DNA of 64,000 nucleotides from Candidatus Bathyarchaeota archaeon (GCA_963833125.1 CAWHWX010000001.1:128001-192000); one strand, 5' to 3'. Numbered from the stretch's first letter, positions 38,340 through 50,720 are shown. Numbers and translations are program-made. The notes: a model not told the origin generated them from the sequence alone.

Positions 38340-39410
38340 TTATGGGTAGGTTCTGGTGGTGCGGTGGAGGAGTTGGGTTAGGTTCGCCGGGTTCACGGAG
38401 GGTAGTTGTATGTAGGTTAGGGCTCGGGCGCCGGTTAGAGTTGTGAGGCTGAGGGTTGAGAGGATTAGACTGGTTGTGGAGAATGCTAGTAGGCTTACTG
38501 AGCCGGTTGCGTAGGCGGTTAGGGTGAGTAGGGTGCTGGCGGTGAGCCAGAGGGTTGAGGGTGCGAGAGTTAGACGAGAGATGTGGGTGTGGCGGCGGAG
38601 TAGTCGTGAGGTGAGGTAGGCGATTGGGGCTATGTAGATGAGGCCGATTAGGGAAGCGGCGACTAAGCCGGCGGTTATCGCGGCTGCTTCAGTGCTGAGT
38701 GGGGCTACGAAGCCGTAGGAGTAGTAGGAGGCGTATAGGATGCCGAGTAGTGGGATGACGGTGGTTTGGATGGCGGTGTAAGCGTAGGGGTTGGTGGCAG
38801 CTGAGTAAGCGGCTGAGGGGGCCCATGAGTAGTACCAGGCGTTGAAGGTGGTTAGGAATGTGCGGCCGGCAGTTGTGTTCTGGATCTGGTTGTTGCGGAA
38901 GTTGCGGAGGAAGTCTGCGTATGGTTGGAGGCGGTTGCCGTTGGTTACGTAGCTGACGGGGCAGTTGGTTCCGACTCCGACCCCTTTCTGGGTTACGATG
39001 GCGGTGAACGTGGCGGTGCTGACTTTTGTGGTTTGGATTGTGGAGAGGGCGGTGTTGATGCTTGATTGGGTGGCCGTGTAGACGGTTGAGAAACTCGTAG
39101 TGGTTAGGGTTGTGGAGATTGTGCTGGTGTAGCTGAAGAAGGTGCTTGTGGTTGTGGCGGTTGTGCTAGTGGTGGAGCTGGAGATGCTGGTGGATAGTGT
39201 GGTCGTGGTTGCAGTTATGGTTGCAGTGCTGGTGCCGCTGTACGAGTAGCTGGTTGTTGAGCTTAGGGGTGGGGTGGAGACACAGCCGTTGATTCCGCAA
39301 GTCCCCGTAGCCACCGCTAGGTTCGCGGGGGAATTAGTAGCCATCAAGGCGGCTAGGATACCGACGATTAGTAGTAGCGCCATAGCGCCATTTCGAGTGC
39401 TGAATTTCAA
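38340..39410 (-). CDS. Secreted Thr/Ser-rich protein with divergent CFI-box-CTERM domain and C-terminal TM helices
   Basis: Signal peptide, ~85-aa T/S tract, then 'CPVSY...LRNFRNN.I..T.AG..F...FNAWYYSWAP..A', followed by several hydrophobic helices. Confidence 0.75.
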   Translation of the reverse strand: MKFSTRNGAMALLLIVGILAALMATNSPANLAVATGTCGINGCVSTPPLSSTTSYSYSGTSTATITATTTTLSTSISSSTTSTTATTTSTFFSYTSTISTTLTTTSFSTVYTATQSSINTALSTIQTTKVSTATFTAIVTQKGVGVGTNCPVSYVTNGNRLQPYADFLRNFRNNQIQNTTAGRTFLTTFNAWYYSWAPSAAYSAATNPYAYTAIQTTVIPLLGILYASYYSYGFVAPLSTEAAAITAGLVAASLIGLIYIAPIAYLTSRLLRRHTHISRLTLAPSTLWLTASTLLTLTAYATGSVSLLAFSTTSLILSTLSLTTLTGARALTYIQLPSVNPANLTQLLHRTTRTYP

Positions 39411-42400
39411 GTGAACAACCTCCTGAGTAACATCGGGATTAGTAACAATAACGCCGCCAGTAAGCCGGCGCTATCTATACCCGGAGCCGGATTGAAGGGT
39501 GTGGGTTGGGTTTGGAAGCCGCATGGTAGTGGTCCGCATGGGACGGTTGTGAATTGGGTGGTGGTTGAGAAGGTGACCGTGGTTTGGGTTTGTGTTGTGG
39601 AGCTGGTTGAGGTGAATTGGGTGGATGTCATTCCGGAGACTGTGGTGATCGTGAAGTGGGTGAAGGTTGTGAAGAAGATGCCGGTTGTGCTGTAGGTGGT
39701 TGATGAGTAGCTGAAGCTGGTGGCGACGCTGGTTGTGGTTGTGGACTGGGAGGTGGTGGTTGAGGATGAGGTTGTTGTTGAGCTGAATGTGGTTATGGTG
39801 GTTGCTAGGGTGACGCCGAGGAAGTTGGACGCAAAGTCGAGGCTATCTCCTGGCGGGCAGGTTGGAGGCGTGCTCGTTGTCTGAGCAGTAGGAGCGACGC
39901 TGCACCCGGTTACGCGTGATCAAGTAATAGCCACCAGGCGCAGTAGGGAGACACAACGAACGCTCCGGAAGCGTATCCGCTGCTCATCAGACACGTCACA
40001 GGGTGGGTAAGGTCGAATAACGAATTTCCGGAAGCTGAGCTTATCGTGCAGAACGCGTCTTGCGCATTGAAACCGGTACCTGCAACCCCAACCGCCAGAC
40101 CCTGTTCCACGCTGGCCGGATTCAGCACTACTAAGGCGGATGGCGTTCCTACTGTGAAGACAGCTGATGCATTCGAGCCTGTATTATCTCCGACCTCAAT
40201 CGCGTACGTACCCGCAAGAGCCGTTGAGGGTACGATGACTGAGCCCGAGACTTGGCCGAATGGGTCAATGGCGCAACTCGGCTGGACCGTAGATCCCTTG
40301 AATGTAGGAATCACAGTAGCATTGCATTTTGTCGCATCCGACTCAAAGCCCGTGCCGGTGTAGGTGAAGACTGAGTTGATCGTTCCGGATGTGGGGACGA
40401 CCGTTATTTGGGCAGTTACGCCGAACGGTGCACCGATGGGGTGTAAGGTTCCGTTGAGTAAGTCGTTTGCAGGGTGATCCCTTCACCGTTACGTTCCAGT
40501 GAATATCTTCAGTGGCGTACGGGCTTACTACGAAGCTGCCTTGTGCCAACTGCGGAGACACGATGGAGCAGGTTGGGGAAGTTATCAGCGTATTATCCTG
40601 ATGTAGCGGTGTGATGTCGCCGCTGAAAGCTAGGATTACGCAACCCGTATCTGATGTCGACAAACCATACGCTCTGACAATAACCGTTGCGCCTGTAGTT
40701 GCGTTGGTTGGGAAGAGATCGATTTCTGATTGGCCAGGGATGACTCTCAGGACGGCTTGAGCAAAGTCCCCTACACTTGGAGCACAGCCATTGTTGCCGC
40801 CGCAACCTGTGACCTCAATCACGTACTGACCCGGCGAAGCGGTGCCGATGATGAAGCTGGCGCTCACGTTCCCTTGCGTTGATCCAACTGTGATAACGCA
40901 TCCAGAGGAACCTGGGAGTATGGGGTTGGGTGTGCTGGGGCTACTGACTGAGCATGATTGGTCTGTTGGGAGGAACCCGGTACCATTCACCAGAATCTCC
41001 TGCCCAATCATACCCGTCCCAGGACTCAACGTAAGCCTAGGCCCACCAACAACCTTGAGATTGGCCTGCGCAAAGTCGCCGACGCTTGGAGCGCAGCCGT
41101 TGTTTCCACGACAACCAGTTATCTCGATTACGTATTGACCGGGGAGCACATTACCAATCGTAAAACTACCATTAACAACCCCAGTACCGACGTTGATAAC
41201 GCAGCTCGCTGAACCAGACAAGATTGCACTATGGCCATTAGCATCAAACCCGACACTTGAGACAGTGCAACTCGTATCTGTGGGGAGGAACCCTGTACCG
41301 TTGACTAGAATATCGAAACCAGGCGAACCAGTCGACGGACGCAAACTAATACTAGGCCCACCCACCACGTTCAACACTGCCTGCGCAAAGTCACCGACGC
41401 TTGGAGTACAGCCGTTGTTCCCAAGACAACCCGTAATCTCAATAATGTACTGACCAGGGAGAACGTTACCAATCGTGAAACTACCATTAACGATCCCAGT
41501 ACCAACCCTAATCCCACAAGCAGACGTACCAGACAAGAGTGGGCTGTGACCATTAGCGTCAAATCCAACGGCTGAGATCGTACAGCTAGTATCGGTAGGT
41601 AGGAACCCAGTACCGTTGACTAGGATGTGCGCACCCGGTTGACCAGTCGACGGAGTCAAACCAATGATAGGCCCACTAACCACGTTGAGTAACGCTTGTG
41701 CAAAATCACCGACGCTTGGAGTGCAACCATTGTTTCCAAGACAACCCGTGACTTCAATTATGTATTGGCCGGGGAGTACATTACCAATTGTGAAGCTAGC
41801 GTTAACAATCCCAGTTCCAACATTGATGGTACAAGCCGCCGTACCCGACAAGATTGCACTATGGCCATTAGCATCAAACCCGACAGTTGAGAGACTGCAA
41901 CTCGTATCCGTGGGTAGGAACCCTGTACCGTTGACTAGGATGTGCGCGCCAGGCTGACCAGTCGACGGACGCAAACTAATCCTAGGTCCATTCACCACAT
42001 TGATTACTGCTTGCGCAAAGTCACCGACGCTCGGAGTACAGCCGTTGTTACCACCACAACCCGTAACCTCAATCGCGTATTGGCCGGGGAGCACATTACC
42101 AATCGTGAAACTACCGTTAACAACTCCACTACCAACAGTTATGGCACAACCAGCAGTCCCAGCCAACAGTGGACTGTGGCCATTAGCATCAAACCCAACC
42201 GATGAGATCGTGCAACTAGTATCGGTAGGCAGGAATCCAGTACCGTTAACTAGAACATGGACACCCGGTTGACCAGTCGACGGCTTCAACTTAATCGCCG
42301 GCCCACCCACCACATTCAAGACTTCTTGCGCAAAGTCACCGACGCTCGGCGTACAACCATTATTTCCAAGACAACCCGTAACCTCAATCACGTATTGACC

Positions 42401-45400
42401 AGGGAGTACGTTACCAACCGTGAAACTACCGCTTACAACTCCAGTACCAACCCTAATCCCACAAGCCGCCGTACCGGACAAGAGTGGACTATGACCATTC
42501 GAATCAAACCCAACCGCTGAGATCGTGCAACTAGTATCGGTAGGCAGGAATCCAGTACCGTTAACTAGGATGTGAGCACCAGTGCGGGCGCTCGCGGGGC
42601 TCAGTGTTATTACGGTCCATTCACCACGTTCAAGACTGCTTGCGCAAAATCACCTGAACTGGGGAAGCAACCGTTATTTCCACCACAGCCCGTAACCTCA
42701 ATCACGTATTGGCCGGGGAGTACATTACCAATCGTGAAACTACCGTTAACAGCTCCACTTCCGACAGTTATGGCACAACCAGCAGTACCTGACAAGAGTG
42801 GGCTATGACCGTTAGCGTCAAAACCAACCGCTGAGACCGTACAACTAGTATCTGTGGGTAGGAACCCAGTACCGTTGACTAGGATGTGAGCACCCGGTTG
42901 ACCAGTCGACGGATTCAAACCAATCACCGGCCCACCCACCACATTCAAGACTGCCTGCGCAAAATCACCTGAGCTAGGGAAGCAGCCGTTATTTCCACGA
43001 CAACCCGTAACCTCAATCACGTATTGACCAGGGAGTACATTACCAATCGTGAAACTACCGCCAACGATTCCACTGCCAACACTTATGACACAAGCCGCAG
43101 TACCCGACAAGAGTGGGCTATGACCGTTAGCGTCAAAACCGACAGCTGAAACAGTGCAACTAGTATCTGTGGGTAGGAACCCAGTACCGTTGACTAGGAT
43201 GTGAGCACCAGTGCGGGCACTCGCCGGACTCAACTTTATCACCGGTCCATTAACCACGTTCAATACTGCTTGCGCAAAGTCGCCTGAGCTAGGGAAACAG
43301 CCGTTGTTCCCAAGACAGCCTGTAATCTCGATAATGTACTGACCAGGGAGAACATTCCCAATCGTGAAACTACCATTAACCACTCCACTACCAACCCTAA
43401 TCCCACAAGCCGCAGTACCAGACAGGAGTGGACTATGGCCATTAGCATCAAACCCAACCGCTGAGACCGTACAGCTAGTATCGGTGGGTAGGAACCCAGT
43501 ACCGTTGACTAGGATGTGCGCACCCGGTTGTCCAGTCGACGGGGCTCAAACCAATCACCGGCCCACTAACCACATTCAACACTGCTTGCGCAAAATCACC
43601 TGAGCTAGGGAAACAACCATTATTCCCGCTACAACCCGTAATCTCGATTACATATTGGCCGGGGAGCACGTTACCAATCGTGAAACTACCATTAACAACC
43701 CCACTACCAACCTCTATGGCACAAGCGGCGGTACCCGACAACATTGGGCTATGCCCATTAGCATCAAAACCGACACTCGAAACAGTACAACTCGTATCCG
43801 TCGGCAAGAACCCTGTACCATTAACCTCAACATGAACACCAGGCTGACCAGTAGCAGGATTCAAACTAATTTTAGGACCACCCACCACATTCAACAAAGC
43901 TTGAGCTGTGTCGATCTGGAGGTTTGTAGTACTGGTGAACGTGGTGGTAGTAGAAGACGAGGTAGCCGTGGTCGCCGTGGTAGTGCTAGCTGCTAATGTG
44001 GTGGTTACGGTTGAGATAATACCTGAAGAAGCATCGATCTCAATCACATACTGACCTGGGGGTACATTTCCGACGGTGAAACTAGCATTCACAACCCCAG
44101 ATCCTTCCTGAATAATGCAAGCCGCCGTCCCGGCTAAGATTGGATTCACAAGGTTGCTGGAACCACTAACAAGAACGCAAGTCGTGTCTGAAGGAAGGAA
44201 CCCAGTACCATTGACCTCAACATGCGTACCCGGCGCAGTCTGAGGACGGAAACAGGAAAATCGATGGCCCACTGACAACGAAGAGGACAGCTTGCGCAAA
44301 ATCGCCAACGCTCGGGGAACAACCATTGTTGCCTCTACACCCAGTGATCTCAATCACATACTGCCCCGGCTGCACATTAGAGACAATGAAACTAGCATTA
44401 ACGAAACCCGTCCCAGCATTGATGACGCAGCCTTCAGTGCCTGGAACTATCACCTCGAGGGAGGCGGGAATACCCGACACGCTACACGAAGTATCGGTCG
44501 GCAAAAAGCCAGTACCATTAACTGCGATATGGGCCCCAGTACGTGCGGTCGACGGAAACAACTTAATCGCTGGTCCACTCACCACGTTCAATACTGCTTG
44601 CGCAAAATCACCTGAGCTAGGGAAGCAGCCGTTATTTCCACGACAACCCGTAACCTCGATTATGTATTGGCCTGGAAGCACATTACCAATCGTGAAACTA
44701 CCATTAACCACTCCACTACCAACCCTAATCCCACAAGCCGCAGTACCCGACAAGAGTGGGCTATGCCCGTTAGCATCAAAACCAACACTCGAAACAGTAC
44801 AACTCGTATCCGTCGGCAAGAACCCTGTACCATTAACCAGAATGTGCGCACCCGGTTGTCCAGTCGACGGACGCAAGCCAATCACTGGCCCATTCACGAC
44901 GTTCAACACTGCTTGCGCAAAATCACCTGAACTGGGGAAGCAACCGTTATTCCCACCACAACCCGTAACCTCAATAATGTACTGACCAGGGAGAACGCTC
45001 CCAATCGTAAAACTACCATTAACCACTCCACTACCAACCCTAATCCCACAAGCCGCAGTACCCGACAAGAGTGGGCTATGCCCGTTAGCATCAAAACCAA
45101 CACTAGTAACAGTACAACTCGTATCCGTCGGCAAGAACCCAGTACCGTTGACTAGGATATGCGCACCAGGCTGACCAGTTGACGGAGTCAAACCAATGAT
45201 AGGCCCACTAACCACGTTAAGTACAGCTTGCGCAAAGTCACCGACGCTTGGAGTACAGCCGTTATTTCCACGACAACCCGTAATCTCAATAATGTACTGA
45301 CCAGGGAGAACGCTCCCAATCGTGAAACTACCATTAACCACTCCACTACCAACCCTAATCCCACAAGCCGCAGTACCCGACAAGAGTGGGCTATGCCCGT

Positions 45401-46631
45401 TAGCATCAAAACCAACCGCTGAGACCGTACAGCTAGTATCGGTGGGTAGGAACCCAGTACCGTTGACTAGGATGTGCGCACCCGGTTGTCCAGTCGACGG
45501 AGTCAAACCAATCACCGGCCCACTAACCACATTCAACACTGCCTGCGCAAAATCACCTGAACTGGGGAAGCAACCGTTGTTCCCAAGACAGCCTGTAATC
45601 TCGATTATGTATTGGCCGGGGAGAACGTTACCAATCGTAAAACTACCATTAACAACCCCAGTACCAACCCTAATCCCACAAGCCGCAGTACCCGACAACA
45701 GTGGGCTATGCCCGTTAGCATCAAAACCAACACTAGTAACAGTACAACTCGTATCCGTCGGCAAGAACCCAGTACCGTTGACTAGGATATGCGCGCCAGG
45801 CTGACCAGTTGACGGAATCAAACCAATCACCGGCCCACTAACCACATTCAACACTGCCTGCGCAAAATCGCCCGAGCTGGGGTTACAACCATTATTCCCA
45901 CCACAACCCGTGACCTCAATTACGTATTGGCCGGGGAGCACGTTACCAATCGTAAAACTACCATTAACAACCCCACTTCCAACAGTTATGGCACAACCCG
46001 CAGTACCCGACAAGAGTGGGCTATGCCCGTTAGCATCAAAACCAACACTAGTAACAGTACAACTCGTATCGGTGGGTTGGAACCCTGTACCGTTGACTAG
46101 GATGTGCGCACCAGGCTGACCAGTCGAAGGCTTCAAACTAATGATGGGGCCTGACTTCACGGTGAAGATTGCTTGTACGAAGTCGCCGGCGCTGGGAGCG
46201 CATCCAGTGTTCCCGACGCAAGACGTAATCTCGATTACATACTGGCCTGGTAGAACGTTTCCAACCGTAAAGCTTCCCGTAAAATTCCCGTTGTTCGTAC
46301 CCCCGTTTATGGCGCAGGCTGCTTGCGTAATTATGTTTGGATTAGTTGGACTTGAGACAGAGCAACTAGTCTCGAAACCGGTTGTTACAGTCCCACCTGT
46401 TGTCGTGGTGCCACTAATACTCGCGCTCGCGATGGTCCCATTAAACTGAACATCTTCTCCAGTAGGACCCGTAGTCGGAAAGAGATCTAGGAAGTTCGCG
46501 GTTTGCGTGGTTGCAACAGCTTGGGGAACTGGCGTGAACATGTTGGACTGTGCGGTCGTTGCAGCGAATGCGGATAGGACAAGGAGCAGTGTGACTATGT
46601 ATTTGATGCGGCGGAGTTTCAACTCAAGCAC
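39407..46631 (-). CDS. Giant (~2400 aa) cell-surface glycoprotein of ~21 tandem Ig/IPT-like repeats with Thr-rich stalk and C-terminal TM; ~5 frameshifts
   Basis: ORF pieces 44217..46631, 43475..44353, 42610..43383, 40343..42481, 39910..40314 and 39407..39631 join into one reading. Signal peptide at the N-terminus; 'AGLLAALLLLIPMLLRR' anchor at the C-terminus. Confidence 0.85.
40745..46500 (-). repeat. ~18 tandem ~315-bp (105-aa) coding repeats
   Basis: Recurring unit 'L.PSTGQPGAHILVNGTGFLPTDTSC..S.VGFDANGHSPLLSGTAAC.I.VG.G.VNGSFTIGNVLPGQY.IE.TGC.GNNGC.PS.GDFAQA.LNVV.GP'. Confidence 0.95.
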
Positions 46632-46669
46632 ATCTTTGAAGATAAATGTTGAAGCGATCTTTGACGATA
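46632..46669. promoter_or_regulatory. Tandem palindromic operator-like boxes at the giant gene promoter
   Basis: ATCTTTGAAGATA (46632-46644) and ATCTTTGACGATA (46657-46669), 25 bp apart; the second overlaps a minus-strand TTAAATAT TATA-like element. Confidence 0.35.
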
Positions 46670-47276
46670 TTTAACGAATCTTGACTGAATACGGCAAATT
46701 ATTGACAGACAGACGGCAAAATTTGCTAGATTCTGCTTCATCTGCGGAAGTCGAGACAATTTCGACTTGGTTACCATCATCTGCAGCTGACCGCTCCAGC
46801 GCATGGTATGCCCTGTAAGCTATTTAATTGTTGCTATGTGCAACACATCTACAATATGCCTGTCGAGGCACAACACCTGAGCCGATTGTCACAATCATGC
46901 AAATCCACCACGACGGCACTTGTTAACTTGTACTTGTCTAATGATGGAAAGATGTCAAACTGAGACCACACGATAGGTCACGAATCAGATGCTGAGCACA
47001 TGAGATTCGTCCGCGCAACGTCCAGGGATTAACTGAGGGCAACTCTTCGCCCACGCAGCTGAAGCTAGCAAGTAATCGCCTGATCAGATTCCCGAGGGCT
47101 CTGATTTTGTTATTCAATAAATAGAGGCTTCTCAGCTTAGCAGAAACTCTTCATAATTTCCATGTAATACGACACAGAGGCAACGGGTTTTGTTGTCTCG
47201 CTTGAACTCACCTAATCATTCAAGTTACTTCGTTTGAGGCTCTAACTCGACCACAGCCAATTCACAAGCGAATGGT

Positions 47277-47807
47277 CTACTTCCTAAGTTTGCGTATTTT
47301 GAACCCTACTCCTAAGGACCACAGTCCAAGGAGCAAAAGTGAGATTGCCGGAAGAAAAGTTAACGGCAGCGGAAGATAAGTTGCTAACCCGATTATTCCT
47401 GTAATTATACTCAGATAAGCAACCCACTTGTAACGAACAGCCTTCAATGTTATCAGACCAAAAATCAGCACGCCGACTACAAAAACCGCATTGCCTAGAG
47501 CGTATGCCAAATCATGGGGTAACCTCGTAAGAAAGGATAACGTGAACAAGAGGTCTGCAGCAATTATGACAATCATCCCGAATGCGAAGAGTACCGCTAC
47601 GACTTTTGCAGCAACCTTATGCGCCTTTCGTGTGAAATGGTAAATCGAGGGTATCGCCGCGAGGAAGAGTATAGCGACCAGTGTGATGAGCCAGTGAACC
47701 CCACGCTCGAAGGTCGGAACGAACAAGGCGTAGAAGAGCAGTATGATTCCATTCACGAACAGGCAGGCGCTACCAATTTTGGACAGGGTAACCTTGTCGA
47801 TTTTCAT
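47277..47807 (-). CDS. Hypothetical multi-pass membrane protein
   Basis: About six hydrophobic helices; no motif recognised. Confidence 0.75.
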   Translation of the reverse strand: MKIDKVTLSKIGSACLFVNGIILLFYALFVPTFERGVHWLITLVAILFLAAIPSIYHFTRKAHKVAAKVVAVLFAFGMIVIIAADLLFTLSFLTRLPHDLAYALGNAVFVVGVLIFGLITLKAVRYKWVAYLSIITGIIGLATYLPLPLTFLPAISLLLLGLWSLGVGFKIRKLRK

Positions 47808-47879
47808 TGAATACCCGATTTACTTCCAGTAATGATGCATTTAACACCTTTCGGGGGCCAAACAGGTGAGGAGTCCGGC

Positions 47880-49088
47880 TTAATTCTGGGTTCCAGTTAC
47901 GAACTTGTATCCTCTTTCCATTTCCTCATCCCAAGAGTTCTGGACTGCTGTCTTCAATCCGTTTTCGAATAGTTCGCTCCTTAATTGGTAGCTGTTGTGT
48001 AATCGCTCGAAGCTTTCTACAATCCCGGTTATGGTAGGAGTACATGAAATGCAATTGTGACCGTTCCTCAGGACAGATCGATGCGCAGGGTGATCATTGG
48101 TAACCACGGCACACCCCGAAGCCATCAATTCGAACGGAATGACTCCTGGATGAAGGGTGAACATTAGGTTAAGGGCTGCATCACACGATCTGTATAGCTG
48201 CGCCGTATCTTCCAATGAGAGAAAACCCAGATGCTTAATCTCCTCTTGAATGTCCCAATGTTCAAGATTTGCCCCAGCCGTCACGATTTCAATCTCGGGG
48301 TGCAATTTCTTTATTCTTTCAAGAGACAGAATTCCTAAATCAAATCCATTTCTGGGCATCAACGGTCTTGCGAAGAAGAAGATTTTCTGCAATTTCTCGC
48401 GCGGCTTCTTCACATCTGGATAGTAGAGAGTTGTATCTACACACGGGTTGAACGCTACCGCCTCTCCGCCATAGGTTTTGACGTACCAGTCTTTGAGGGA
48501 TAGTGCTGTTGTTATTCCTTGAAATCCGAAATGATACGTCAGCTCGGCTAGTGCTGACCGTGGTCCGGCCTCATAGAACAATGCTTCGTTGTCTTGTATG
48601 AAGTAGAATTTGCCAAGGGTGTTGTTGAATTTTAGAAGCGGATAGGCGGTGGTCCAGAATGTCGCGATACTAACCTCGGCATAGGGTATAGAGTTCAACT
48701 GGGGATTGTGATAAGTCCTCGCTCCCCGAAGCGTTGGAAAACGCTCCGTCAATTTCGATGCGATGATATCCTCAGTGCTCGGGTTTTCACCAGTGATGAT
48801 GAAATTGTTGTGTATCCCTTTTCGTTGAAGGTAATCGGCGAATCTGAAGATATTCATTATTCCGGCATAAACTTCGGGAAAATCCGGCACAAACCAATTC
48901 ACAGAGGCAATATTTCGCTTATCCACCTTTTTCCAAGACTCGACAATTCGCTGATTTTCCTTGAGATCACGTTCGGTGAAGTCATCTACAACGAGCTGCC
49001 GATCAATAAAGTGGAACGTACTTCCTGACGTGATCCGATCTGCTGCAGTTACGTCAATTTCCCTTGACAGTTGTCTACTAGAATACAT
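47880..49088 (-). CDS. GT-B glycosyltransferase (GT4/WsaF rhamnosyltransferase-like)
   Basis: 'ATFWTTAY', 'YFIQD.E.LFY', 'FFARP..PRNGF.LG', 'HP...PFELMASG'. Confidence 0.85.
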   Translation of the reverse strand: MYSSRQLSREIDVTAADRITSGSTFHFIDRQLVVDDFTERDLKENQRIVESWKKVDKRNIASVNWFVPDFPEVYAGIMNIFRFADYLQRKGIHNNFIITGENPSTEDIIASKLTERFPTLRGARTYHNPQLNSIPYAEVSIATFWTTAYPLLKFNNTLGKFYFIQDNEALFYEAGPRSALAELTYHFGFQGITTALSLKDWYVKTYGGEAVAFNPCVDTTLYYPDVKKPREKLQKIFFFARPLMPRNGFDLGILSLERIKKLHPEIEIVTAGANLEHWDIQEEIKHLGFLSLEDTAQLYRSCDAALNLMFTLHPGVIPFELMASGCAVVTNDHPAHRSVLRNGHNCISCTPTITGIVESFERLHNSYQLRSELFENGLKTAVQNSWDEEMERGYKFVTGTQN

Positions 49089-49253
49089 GCAGCAGGGCTG
49101 CCAGAAATCGTCGGAGACCGAACTTCTTCAAGTATCGATATCCGAGATCTAATTTCTTGGACATTACATCACGTGAAGATTATTCCGATACTTTTGATCA
49201 AGGCTGAAGCTTCCCACATAAAACCTCGTTGAGCCATGAAACAGAGAGAGCTA

Positions 49254-50720
49254 TCATTTTGAGCGATTTAGGCGCTTTGCAAGACGCCAGCAAACCAATG
49301 AGATAACCGCCACCGCTGACACGAATATGATTACGCGAACGGCGCTAAAATTGCTGCAGCTCGCCAGTACGCAAGACAGAGCTTGTTCAGGACCAGCGAT
49401 TCGCTGCAGAAGTATGTTGTAATCGGGGTAAACGCCAGCTTCGAGGCATGCCCTATAGGCGCGGGAATCCAAGTGATGTAGACAATTTAGATTCATGAGC
49501 ATATTGAAGTACAAACTCACACCCCTCTCAAAACCATCCACATAGCCAAGAAACAGGCTCAACACAAAGAGACCGAGAAAAGTCGTACGACAGTAGCGCA
49601 AACGTGCCGTGAGGGCTAACAGCGAACGATCGCATTATGATCACGAAACCGGGTATCAGGAATAGTACAGAGACCGCCACGTAGCGTGACGAAACCGCTA
49701 GACCAAGACCTGGCAAACCCCAAACCTACCAAACGCGGTTACAACTCCGGATATCACCTGCAAACGCGGCCATCTGCAACCAGGGCGTTAGGAGTGAAAG
49801 CCCGTGCCGGACGGTATAGATTGCCGCCACGAATGCGAGAGAGTATAGGACCCCGACCACGAGACTTCCGAACTCGCTGATTTACAGAGTACATACCAAA
49901 AGACATGGATGAGGAGATTATGGAATATTCAGGGTCATCACTTCGTTCATAGTAGGAGTCCAAGCCCCAAGGCCGGCTCCAAGATAAGCAAAGACGAATT
50001 CGAGGACACTAACCGGATCCAGCGTAAGCGATCCTGAAAATCCTCCTGGAATCCAAAGCTTGAGATACGTTAGGATTGCAACGCCCCCAGCGACCAGCCA
50101 TCCGCACAGAAAGATGAATCTTCCTTCCGCCACTCAGTTTAAGAAAACTTCCTAGTCCGACTGGCCAAACAATCAAACCAAGAAGGCTGGAAAAGGAGGC
50201 TAGATATGCGAATAATAAAGCGATAAAAAACGAAGCCGAGTTCGAGGGATATGCCAAAGGAAATAGATGCTCAAGAGGAAGAAGGCAAGAAAAAGGATGC
50301 CGTCATGTACCATACAAGAGGAGAAAATCCTGAAACATAATTCCCAGATTGCTCAAACAAGAAAAGGAGCCACGAGACAGGCACGATCAGCCAAGTCGAA
50401 TCAGGAACAGTTTCCTTAAGCTAACCTCCACAGGACCACTAGACTCACGTTGATCAGGAACCAGCCCGTCAACATTTCCCAAACGACATTCCATGACGTA
50501 AGAGCAGCGTTGGCTAAGAATCACAAGACTCGGAAAGACAACGAGATGTTCGTTATGGGGAGGATGAGGTAGCTTAACCAAGGCCCGCCTTCGAAGAACG
50601 CTTTAACTAATGGGATAACGTACAATCTCATCCCAAACGATTACGTTAACTCCGAATCTGACAATGAAGATCAACGTCAAGAGAGATGGAAGAACGGCTC
50701 CAAAACTCTCCAAGTCATGA
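49254..50720 (-). pseudogene. Heavily frameshifted GT-C-like multi-pass membrane protein
   Basis: Fragments read 'FIVRFGVNVIVWDE', 'HNEHLVVFP', 'SSLLGLIVWPVG', 'GLGLAVSSRY' across many frames. Confidence 0.6.

Noticed and set aside
40842-46449. Many plus-strand ORFs over the giant gene (e.g. 44326..44985, 45322..45804)
   Set aside because: Antisense shadows of the repetitive minus-strand gene.
40745-46500. Repeat array as CRISPR or as a diversity-generating retroelement target
   Set aside because: Units are ~315 bp, in frame and protein-coding, with no unique spacers. No cas or reverse transcriptase gene is present, and the variation does not look adenine-specific.
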